A stretch of 38,510 bases of DNA from Frankiales bacterium (GTDB lineage Bacteria; Actinomycetota; Actinomycetes; Mycobacteriales; SCTD01), in the NCBI GenBank assembly GCA_025966295.1, contig JAOPVD010000012.1, positions 1 through 38,510 on the forward strand, given 5' to 3'. Below the pieces are notes generated by a model that made no database searches, was not told where the DNA came from, and worked only from the letters and a program-made list of their open reading frames with translations. The number at the start of each line of letters is the position of its first letter. The stretch's first letter is position 1. Made by a program: the position numbers and the translations under genes. Below are positions 16,376 to 23,498 of the stretch, piece by piece.

Positions 16376-17660
16376 GGCCGAGCGCCAGGGCGTCGGCGTA
16401 GCGGAGCCGCGCCGCGTCCGTCATCGTCGGCAGGTGGTAGGGCGGGAACAGGCCCTCGTCGGGCTCGTAGGCCCGCAGCAGGAACTGCGCGAGGTTGACC
16501 TTGTGCACCTCGGTCGCGCCGTCGGCGAGGCCCATGTGGAACGACTCCATCACCCACTTGCCGAACGGCAGCTCCTTGGAGATGCCGAGCGAGCCGTGGA
16601 TCTGGATGGCGCGGCCGGCCACGTCGAGCAGCACCTTCGGCATGCCCGCCTTGACCGCGGAGATGTCGGCGCGCACGAGGCGGTAGTCGTTGTAGCGGTC
16701 GATCTTCCACGCGGTGCGCAGCACCAGGAGCCGGAACTGCTCGATCTGCAGCCAGCTGTCGGCGACCATCTCCTGCACCAGCTGCTTGCGCGCCAGCGGC
16801 TCACCCTTCGTGGAGCGGGACACGGCGCGACGGCAGATCAGGTCGAAGGCGTGCTGCACGAGGCCGACGGTACGCATGGCGTGGTGGATGCGGCCGCCGC
16901 CGAGGCGCGTCTGCGCGACGGCGAAGCCGGCGCCGCGCTCACCGAGCAGGTGGTCGGCCGGGATCCGGCAGTCCTCGTAGCGGATGTAGGCGTGCGTGCC
17001 CTCCGCCTCGTCATGACCGTGCACGCCGACGTTGCGGACGATGTTGACACCCGGCGTGTCCGCCGGCACCACGAACATCGACATGCTGGAGTGCTTCGGC
17101 GCGTCGGGGTCGGTCACCGCCATGACGATGAGGAACGACGCGAAGCCGGCGTGGGACGAGAACCACTTCTCGCCGTTGATGACCCACTCGTCGCCGTCGA
17201 GGACCGCCGTGGTGCGGAACCCCGTCGGGTCGGATCCGCCGTGCGGCTCCGTCATCGAGAACGACGACACGATCTCGTTCTCCAACAGCGGCTCGAGGTA
17301 CTGCTTCTTGAGGGCGTCGGTGCCGTAGTGGGCGAGGATCTCGGCGTTGCCGGAGTCCGGCGCCTGACAGCCGAACACGACCGGGCCCGAGTGCGTGCGG
17401 CCGAGCCGCTCGTTGAGCAGCGCGAGCTTGAGCTGGCCGTACCCGAGGCCGCCCAGCTCGGGGCCGAGGTGGGCGCCCCACAGCTTGCGCTCACGCACCT
17501 GGGCCTGGAGCGGCTTGATCAGCGCGTTGCGGACCGGGTCACGCACGTCCCAGGCATGCTCGATGACGAGGTCGACCGGCTCGATCTCGTTGGTGACGAA
17601 CTCGTCGACCCAGTCGAGCTCCTGCTGGAAGTCGGGGTCGGTCTCGAAGTCCCATCCCAT
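16368..17660 (-). CDS. Acyl-CoA dehydrogenase family protein with Asp at the canonical catalytic-Glu position (ACAD10/11/LvaC-like)
   Basis: 430 aa; the ATG is preceded by GAGGAG. The ACAD fold motifs are SSFSMTEPHGGSDP and WVINGEKWF. The C-terminal motif reads GLADGATEVHKVNLA where typical ACADs have xYEGTxEIQ. Confidence 0.9.
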   Translation of the reverse strand: MGWDFETDPDFQQELDWVDEFVTNEIEPVDLVIEHAWDVRDPVRNALIKPLQAQVRERKLWGAHLGPELGGLGYGQLKLALLNERLGRTHSGPVVFGCQAPDSGNAEILAHYGTDALKKQYLEPLLENEIVSSFSMTEPHGGSDPTGFRTTAVLDGDEWVINGEKWFSSHAGFASFLIVMAVTDPDAPKHSSMSMFVVPADTPGVNIVRNVGVHGHDEAEGTHAYIRYEDCRIPADHLLGERGAGFAVAQTRLGGGRIHHAMRTVGLVQHAFDLICRRAVSRSTKGEPLARKQLVQEMVADSWLQIEQFRLLVLRTAWKIDRYNDYRLVRADISAVKAGMPKVLLDVAGRAIQIHGSLGISKELPFGKWVMESFHMGLADGATEVHKVNLAQFLLRAYEPDEGLFPPYHLPTMTDAARLRYADALALGRG

Positions 17661-17730
17661 TGCGCCTGCTCCTCGCTGTGACGTCGGCCGTGGCCGTCCG
17701 TTCCCTGTCGTTCTGGAAGATGGACGCGCG

Positions 17731-18873
17731 CTAGCGCGTCAGGATCGTGCAGGCGCTGATGCCGGGCGCGCCGTAGACGTGCGTGAAGGCCACCTGGGGA
17801 GACCCGGGCACCTGCCTGTTGCCAGCGTCGCCCCGCAGCTGGAGTGCGTTCTCGTAGACCTGGCGCAGACCGGACGCGCCGATCGGCTCGCCGTTGGCGA
17901 TGCAACCGCCGTCGGTGTTGATCGGCAGGCTTCCGCCGATCTCGGTGGCGCCGGACCGGATGAGCCCCTCCTGCTCGCCGTGCTTGCACAGGCCCGTCTC
18001 GGCCATGTGCATGAGCTCCGCGCCGGCCTCGGTGTCCTGCACCTGGGCGACGTCGACGTCCTGCGGGCTGACGCCGGCCAGCTCGAACACGGCTTGCGAG
18101 GCCTCGACGGTCGGGCTGTCCCCCCGCTCCGGCGACAGCCAGGGACTGAAGACCTCGAACGAGCCGAAGCGCCGCGACCGGAAGCTGACGCCCTTCAGCA
18201 CCACGGCGCGGTCGGTGTAGGCGCGGGCCTTGTCAGCGCGGCAGAGCACGAGCGCGACGGCCCCTTCCCCGGGGGAGCAGTACATGTACTGCGTCAGCGG
18301 GTGGCTCACCATCGTTGAGCTCGCGATGTCCTGCTCGCTGATGGCTGTCCGCCGCCAGGCGTTGGGGTTGAGCGCGCCGTTGCGGAACGACTTCGCGGCG
18401 ATGGTCGACAGGATCGCCGGGTCGAGGTCGTGGTCGTGCAGGTACCGCTGCGCCTTCAAGCCGAAGAACTGGGTGGTGAGCATCAGGCCGGTCTCGCCGT
18501 ACCAGGCGCCGAGCCCCATCGACTCGGGGTCGGCGTTGAAGGGGCCGCGCGGGTGCTTGTCGAAGCCAATGACCATGCCGAGGTCGGACGCACCCGACTG
18601 GATGCTCGCCACGGCGCTGATCAGCGCGCTGCCGCCGGTGGCGCAGCCGTTCCAGACGTTCAGGAACGGCAGGCCGGTCTGACCGAGGTCGGCGACGAGG
18701 GTGTCGGCGTCACCGCCGTCGCGGCTGCCGCCGACGGCGAACTGCATGTCCGACCAGTCGAGCGAGCAGTCGCGCAGCGCCTCCCGCACGGCGTGCAGGG
18801 CCTGCTGGCGGCCGGACACCCCGTCGGTACGACCGAAGGGGTGGATGCCGATGCCGATGATGGCGACGTCCAT
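17731..18873 (-). CDS. SCP2/Ltp-type thiolase-like protein
   Basis: 380 aa; the ATG is preceded by GGGAGG. NVWNGCATGGSALISAV carries the nucleophile Cys, and the C-terminal GGSLPINTDGG is typical of the family. Confidence 0.9.
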   Translation of the reverse strand: MDVAIIGIGIHPFGRTDGVSGRQQALHAVREALRDCSLDWSDMQFAVGGSRDGGDADTLVADLGQTGLPFLNVWNGCATGGSALISAVASIQSGASDLGMVIGFDKHPRGPFNADPESMGLGAWYGETGLMLTTQFFGLKAQRYLHDHDLDPAILSTIAAKSFRNGALNPNAWRRTAISEQDIASSTMVSHPLTQYMYCSPGEGAVALVLCRADKARAYTDRAVVLKGVSFRSRRFGSFEVFSPWLSPERGDSPTVEASQAVFELAGVSPQDVDVAQVQDTEAGAELMHMAETGLCKHGEQEGLIRSGATEIGGSLPINTDGGCIANGEPIGASGLRQVYENALQLRGDAGNRQVPGSPQVAFTHVYGAPGISACTILTR

Positions 18874-18886
18874 GCGGGCCTCCCTC

Positions 18887-19309
18887 TCAGTCCGTGCTCG
18901 GGGCGGTGGGGGCGAAGGCGAAGGTGACGACGTCGGTGCCCTCGGAGTCGGTGCGGAACGGCTCGAGGACCAGCTCGACCGGCGCGCCGATGCGCAGCTT
19001 CTCCGGGTCGCTCTCCGTCAGCCGCGCCTCGACGAGGACCGCGCCGAGGTCGACGTAGCCGACGCCGTACGGCGTGAACTCCTCCGGACCTTGGTACGGC
19101 GGCTTCGGCCGGAAGGCCTGGACCGTGAAGGACCACAGGGTGCCGGTGCGCGGGAGCTCGCAGGGCTGCATGTCCACGCGGGTGCACCGCGGGCAGCCGT
19201 CCTGCTGCGGGAAGGTCGTGGTGCCGCAAGAGCGGCAGGCGCTGCCGATCAGGTGCGGGACGCCGTCGCGCTCAGCGAACAGGCCGGGAGCGACCGCCCG
19301 GGACGTCAC
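18887..19309 (-). CDS. DUF35 OB-fold / zinc-ribbon protein (thiolase partner)
   Basis: 140 aa with the rubredoxin-like CRSCGTTTFPQQDGCPRC followed by an OB-fold region. There is a GTGA overlap with the upstream stop. Confidence 0.85.
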   Translation of the reverse strand: MTSRAVAPGLFAERDGVPHLIGSACRSCGTTTFPQQDGCPRCTRVDMQPCELPRTGTLWSFTVQAFRPKPPYQGPEEFTPYGVGYVDLGAVLVEARLTESDPEKLRIGAPVELVLEPFRTDSEGTDVVTFAFAPTAPSTD

Positions 19310-20508
19310 GTCCCCACCTCGGCGTGGCCCGCGCCGGCCAGGACCTGGGCGGTGTGCTGGCCGAGTCGGGGCGCGGCCGTCGGGCCCGGAGGTGTGAAGG
19401 TGCTGAAGCGGTAGGGACTCCCGGGCTGGAGGGCGGTGCTGCCGTCGGGCTGCTCGACCGGTGTGAAGAAGCCGCGCGCCTGCAGGTGCTCGTCGCCGAA
19501 CAGGTCCTCGGGGGCGTTGGTGATGCCGATCGGCAGACCGCGGCGCTGCCCCTCGTGGTAGAGGAACTCAGCGTCGTGCACGAGGAAAAAGACCTCGACG
19601 AGCTCCTGCACGTGGCTGAAGTTCCGCTGTCGGTGGGCGAGGTCACTGAAGGCCGGGTCGACCAGGTCGGCGGCCAGGCCGGCGCTGTCCATCCAGTCGA
19701 CGAGGGCCTGCCAGGGCTTCTGGTCGGCGAGGATGAGCGCGAAGTAGAGGAACCGGTCGTCGGCGCTGCGGAACAACGCCGGCTGCGTCGGTGACGGTTG
19801 CGCGTGCCGGGCCGTCTGCCGCTGCACCTTGACCCGCGGGTAGAACCAGAACGGGTTGGCCAGCTCACCGCTGACCGCGAGGCTGTCGTGCATGGAGACG
19901 TCCACCAGCTGGCCCCTGCCGGTGCGGCTGCGCTCGAGCAGCGCGAGCAGCAGGCCGGTGTGGGCGAAGCTCGCCGCGGTGAGGTAGCCCTGGTCGCCGC
20001 CGGGACGGATCGGCGGGATCTCGTGGTCGTCGTAGCCGCAGCTCAGCAACGGCCCCCCGGCGGCGAGTCCGATCAGGTCGCTGGAGCGGTAGTGGGCCCA
20101 CGGACCGTCCTGGCCGAACGGCGTGACCGCCAGCACGACGAGCCGGGGACTCAGCTCCCGCAGCTGTGCGAAGTCCAGACCCCGGGCGGTCGCGTCGCCT
20201 GAGCGGCCGGTGGTCAGCAGGACGTCGGCGTCCAGCACCAGCTGCCGCAGCTGCTCGCGGTCCTGCTCGCTGTCCGAGAGCACGACGCTCTTCTTGGTCG
20301 AGTTGTAGGCGCGGAACGCCAGGCTCGCCTCCGGACCGGTTTGGCCCTCGGCGAAGGGGCCGACCCCGCGGCTCGCGGCGCCCTCCGGCGGCTCCACCTT
20401 GACCACGTCGGCGCCGAGGTCGGCGAGCAGCTTGCCGGTGTACTCGCCGGCCGGGTCCTCGGCCAGCTCGACCACGCGCAGGCCGGTGTACGGCGTCGTC
20501 AGGCTCAT
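19306..20508 (-). CDS. Family III (CaiB/BaiF) CoA-transferase, Asp-retaining paralog
   Basis: The real start is ATG at 20508 (MSLTTPYTGLRVVEL..), an ATGA overlap. The listed 849-aa ORF fuses it to artefact sequence. It contains GKLLADLGADVVKVE, and the catalytic Asp is present in PFGQDGPWAHYRSSDLIGLAAGG. Confidence 0.9.
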   Translation of the reverse strand: MSLTTPYTGLRVVELAEDPAGEYTGKLLADLGADVVKVEPPEGAASRGVGPFAEGQTGPEASLAFRAYNSTKKSVVLSDSEQDREQLRQLVLDADVLLTTGRSGDATARGLDFAQLRELSPRLVVLAVTPFGQDGPWAHYRSSDLIGLAAGGPLLSCGYDDHEIPPIRPGGDQGYLTAASFAHTGLLLALLERSRTGRGQLVDVSMHDSLAVSGELANPFWFYPRVKVQRQTARHAQPSPTQPALFRSADDRFLYFALILADQKPWQALVDWMDSAGLAADLVDPAFSDLAHRQRNFSHVQELVEVFFLVHDAEFLYHEGQRRGLPIGITNAPEDLFGDEHLQARGFFTPVEQPDGSTALQPGSPYRFSTFTPPGPTAAPRLGQHTAQVLAGAGHAEVGT

Positions 20509-21803
20509 CAGATGATCCCCTCGGCGGCCAGCTCGGCCACCTCGTCGTCGGACAGGCCGAGGACCTCGGTGAAGACGTGGTGGTTGTCCTCGCCGAGCAG
20601 CGGTGCGGAGCGCCAGTTGTCCTGCTGCATGTCGGAGAACAGCACCGGGCTGCCCTCGAAGCGGGCCGGACCGATCACCGGGTGGTCCATCTCGAAGAAC
20701 GTCCCGCGGTGAGCGATCTGCGGGTCGGTCTCGGCCAGGTCCTCGGCATCCTGCACGGCGGCGGCGGCGACACCGGCGCCCTGCAGCAGGTGCATCACCT
20801 CGTGCGGCGTGCGGGTGCGCGTCCAGTCGGACAGGTGCTTGTCGAGCTCGTCCTGGAGCGCGTGTCGCGCGGCCTGCGTGCCGAAGCGCGGGTCGTCGGC
20901 CCACGACGGGTTGCCCAGCGCCCCGACGAGCCGGGCCCAATCGTCGTCGTTGAAAACGGCGACGGCCACCCAGCGGTCGGGCTCCGAGCACGGGTAGACG
21001 CCGTGCGGGGCCGCGAGCGGGTTCTCGAGCCGGTTGCCCGTCGGGAAGCCCGGCCGCCGGGTCGGGCGGTCGTTGACCGCGACGTCCATGAGGATCGGGC
21101 CAAGCAGGTTGATGCCGACCTCGACGGCCGACACGTCGATCTCGGTGCCCTTGCCGGTCACCCCGCGGTGCAGGATCGCCATGAGCAGCGCGGCCGAGTT
21201 GTAGTAGGCCGCCTGGTTGTCCATGTGGGACAAGCCCCAGCCCGACGGCTCGCGGTCCGGCAGGCCGCTGACGAACGTCATCCCGCTGACCGCCTGGATG
21301 ACGGGGCCGTAGCTCCGGTAGCCGACGTGCGGGCCGGTGTGCCCGTAGCCGCTCATCCGCGCGTAGACCACCTCGGGCGACAGCTCCTGCAGGCGCTCGT
21401 ACGTCAGGCCCCAGCGCTCCATGACGCCCGGCGCGAAGTTCTCCGTCACCACCGAGCTGGCCGCGATGAGCTGGTCGGCGAGCTCGCGCCCCCGCGACGT
21501 GCGCATGTTGATCGTGACGCCGAGCTTGTTGCGGCTGTAGTTGTTGAACAGGCCGCCCTTGTCGGGGTCCGGGTTCGGGTCTTCGTCGCCGTACGTCCGC
21601 GGGTCGTCCTTGTAGAGAGGCAGGCGGCGCGGCATGTCGAGCCGGGTCCGGTCCTCGATCTTGATGACGTCGGCCCCGAAGTCGGCCAGCATGCGCGTCG
21701 CAACGGCGCCGACCCCCATCCAGCAGAAGTCGGCGACCCGCACCCCGGCCAACGGGCCCGTGCGCGGACGTGGCCTGCGGTCCGTCGACGCCGTGGGCTG
21801 CAC
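20508..21803 (-). CDS. Family III (CaiB/BaiF) CoA-transferase paralog lacking the catalytic Asp
   Basis: It contains RMLADFGADVIKIED and GYGHTGPHVGYRSYGPVIQAVSG, with Gly where the catalytic Asp aligns. I prefer the GTG at 21803 because AAGGAGGA lies just upstream. Alternative starts are ATG at 21869 and the start at 21884. Confidence 0.85.
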   Translation of the reverse strand: MQPTASTDRRPRPRTGPLAGVRVADFCWMGVGAVATRMLADFGADVIKIEDRTRLDMPRRLPLYKDDPRTYGDEDPNPDPDKGGLFNNYSRNKLGVTINMRTSRGRELADQLIAASSVVTENFAPGVMERWGLTYERLQELSPEVVYARMSGYGHTGPHVGYRSYGPVIQAVSGMTFVSGLPDREPSGWGLSHMDNQAAYYNSAALLMAILHRGVTGKGTEIDVSAVEVGINLLGPILMDVAVNDRPTRRPGFPTGNRLENPLAAPHGVYPCSEPDRWVAVAVFNDDDWARLVGALGNPSWADDPRFGTQAARHALQDELDKHLSDWTRTRTPHEVMHLLQGAGVAAAAVQDAEDLAETDPQIAHRGTFFEMDHPVIGPARFEGSPVLFSDMQQDNWRSAPLLGEDNHHVFTEVLGLSDDEVAELAAEGII

Positions 21804-21855
21804 GTCGTCCTCCTTCGTCGATGTCGCGGGCGAGAACCTCAGCGCCGCAGGGCAC

Positions 21856-21884
21856 ACGCTATTCCTCATGATGTATTTCGGCAA
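21856..21884 (-). promoter_or_regulatory. Candidate sigma-A-type promoter (-35 TTGCCG, 17-nt spacer, -10 TAGCGT) with palindromic motif copy C in the spacer
   Basis: The minus strand reads TTGCCG-aaatacatcatgaggaa-TAGCGT. Copy C (TCCTCATGATGT on the plus strand, 21863-21874) lies entirely within the spacer, about 55 nt upstream of the GTG at 21803. Confidence 0.4.
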
Positions 21885-21941
21885 GGCTTTTCGTGACCCA
21901 GGTCACTTCGTTGGTCGGGCGCTCGTGCGGCACGCCGCCGC

Positions 21942-22175
21942 TCAGCCCTCCTGCAGCCCCAGCGCCCGTTCCGGGCAGGTCTGTACGCCGAGCCGCGCCT
22001 GTCGCCGGAGCTCGTCGGTCGCCGGCACGACCTCGTCGACGAGCTCGACGAAGCCCTCGTCATCCGGGGCGAACACGCCGGGTGCCAGGCTGTAGCAGCG
22101 GCCGTGACCGACGCAGGCCTCACGGTCGACCAGGACGCGCAGCGTGGCGTTCTCGCCGCCCGGGACCGCGCTCAC
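21942..22175 (-). CDS. Small [3Fe-4S]-type ferredoxin (P450 partner type)
   Basis: The real start is GTG at 22175, which overlaps the P450 stop (GTGA). 77 aa, with CVGHGRCYSLAP ... CPERA (C-x2-H-x2-C ... CP). Confidence 0.8.
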   Translation of the reverse strand: MSAVPGGENATLRVLVDREACVGHGRCYSLAPGVFAPDDEGFVELVDEVVPATDELRRQARLGVQTCPERALGLQEG

Positions 22176-23422
22176 CGGACCACCGAGGCGGTGTCCCAGA
22201 CCAGCGGCAGCTTGCTCAGCCCGAGCTGCGGGCCGCTCTCGACGATCTCGTCCGGCCCGACCGACGGGTCCAGTCGGTAGTGCGGGATGCGCTTGTGCCA
22301 CTCCTGGAGCGCCACGGTGAGCTCGAGGCGAGCCAGGTGGGAGCCGAGGCAGCGGTGCGGTCCGCTGCCGAACGAGAAGTGCGTGACGGCCTCGCGGTCG
22401 AAGTCGACCTTCTCAGCGTGCTCGAACTCGAGCGTGTCACGGGACGCCGCGGCCAAGGTCAGCATGACCATGTCGCCCTTCTTCATGGGGCAGCCGTGGA
22501 AGTCCATGTCCTCCTCCACGCGCCGGCCGTCCATGACGATGGCGAAGGCGCGCAGCAGCTCCTCGACCGCAGCCGGCGCGATCGAGGGGTCGTCGATGAT
22601 CCGCTGCCGGTCGTCGTCGTGTGTGGCCAGGTGGTAGAAGGCGTAGCCGAGCTGGCTCTTGACCGTGTCGAGCCCGGCCAGGATCAGCACGAGCGACATG
22701 TTCAGGAACTCCTCGTCGGTGATCGGCCGGTCGCCGATGTTCGACGTTGCGAGGCGGCCGAAGAAGTCGTCCCGCGGGTTCGCGCCGAGCTCTGCCAGCA
22801 GAGCGGTGAAGTACGCCCGGATCTCGGCGAACGCCCGCTGCAGCAGCTCGACCCCCTCGGGGTTGCCAAGGCCGGCGAAGGCGTCCTCGACCCAGGCCAC
22901 GAACTTGTCGGTGTCCTCGGTGGGGAGCTCGACGATCTGCAGGAAGACCTTGGTCGGGAAGACCATGGCGAAGTCGGTCACGAGGTCGACCGAGCCCTTG
23001 TCCATGAGCGACTCGATGAGCTCGACGCAGTCTCGTCGGATGGAGGGCTCGAGCCCTGCGACGACCTTCGGGGAAAACTGCGGGTTGAGCACAGAGCGGT
23101 AGAGCCGGTGGTTCGGCGGGTTCTCCATCGTCGGGATGAAGTGGTAGTCGGGCTCGGGGATGGTCGGCACCGTGGCCGAGCTGCTGAACAGCTGCGGGTT
23201 CTGGAACGCCTCCTGGACCAGGGCGTTGCGGTTGAGCATCCAGAAACCACCGCCGAAGGTGTTCCAGGCGATCGGCGACTTCTCCCGCATCTCGTCCAGG
23301 ACCGTGAAGTACTCCGTGGCCGGGCGCGGCTGGGTGAAGTCGAAGTCGACGACCGGGCAGCCCGCCGCCGTAACCTCCTCGGTGCGGCTCAAGGGAGTGG
23401 CCTCCTCGTGCGTAGCAGTCAC
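22172..23422 (-). CDS. Cytochrome P450, CYP101 (P450cam)-like
   Basis: Heme loop FSFGSGPHRCLGSHLA, ExxR (VEELLR) and I-helix ILAGLDTV. The stretch YHFIPTMENPPNHRLYRSVLNPQFSPKVV...CVELIESL closely parallels P450cam [29 protein letters not shown]...CSLIESL. I prefer the GTG at 23422 (preceded by GGAGAGG). The alternative is ATG at 23449. Confidence 0.9.
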   Translation of the reverse strand: MTATHEEATPLSRTEEVTAAGCPVVDFDFTQPRPATEYFTVLDEMREKSPIAWNTFGGGFWMLNRNALVQEAFQNPQLFSSSATVPTIPEPDYHFIPTMENPPNHRLYRSVLNPQFSPKVVAGLEPSIRRDCVELIESLMDKGSVDLVTDFAMVFPTKVFLQIVELPTEDTDKFVAWVEDAFAGLGNPEGVELLQRAFAEIRAYFTALLAELGANPRDDFFGRLATSNIGDRPITDEEFLNMSLVLILAGLDTVKSQLGYAFYHLATHDDDRQRIIDDPSIAPAAVEELLRAFAIVMDGRRVEEDMDFHGCPMKKGDMVMLTLAAASRDTLEFEHAEKVDFDREAVTHFSFGSGPHRCLGSHLARLELTVALQEWHKRIPHYRLDPSVGPDEIVESGPQLGLSKLPLVWDTASVVR

Positions 23423-23498
23423 GTCAGCCTCTCCTCGTCGGTCGTGCATGGGTGGGTGGTCGCAACCAAGCCGGTGCGGCAGATGTACTCGCGGCTGT

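Noticed and set aside
17723-17740. Hairpin GACGCGC-gcta-GCGCGTC, spanning the stop codon of the thiolase-like gene.
   Set aside because: The stem is short (7 bp), lies inside an apparently continuous operon and has no U-tract. It could be coincidental in GC-rich DNA, and there is not enough evidence to call it a terminator.
19306-21855. An 849-aa ORF that appears to fuse the two CoA-transferase regions. There are analogous N-terminal extensions at 1432-2733, 2234-3934, 10674-11681, 12280-13620, 26441-27748 and 34481-35809.
   Set aside because: The N-terminal portions are Arg/Pro-rich, overlap the upstream gene in another frame, and have internal ATG/GTG starts with SD motifs or ATGA/GTGA coupling. 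I annotated the shorter genes instead.
23457-23468. TGGT-cgca-ACCA upstream of the P450 start, reminiscent of FadR/GntR-type TGGT..ACCA operators.
   Set aside because: The arms are only 4 bp, there is no second copy in the GntR gene's own promoter region, and the start codon choice changes its position relative to the gene. The signal is too weak.
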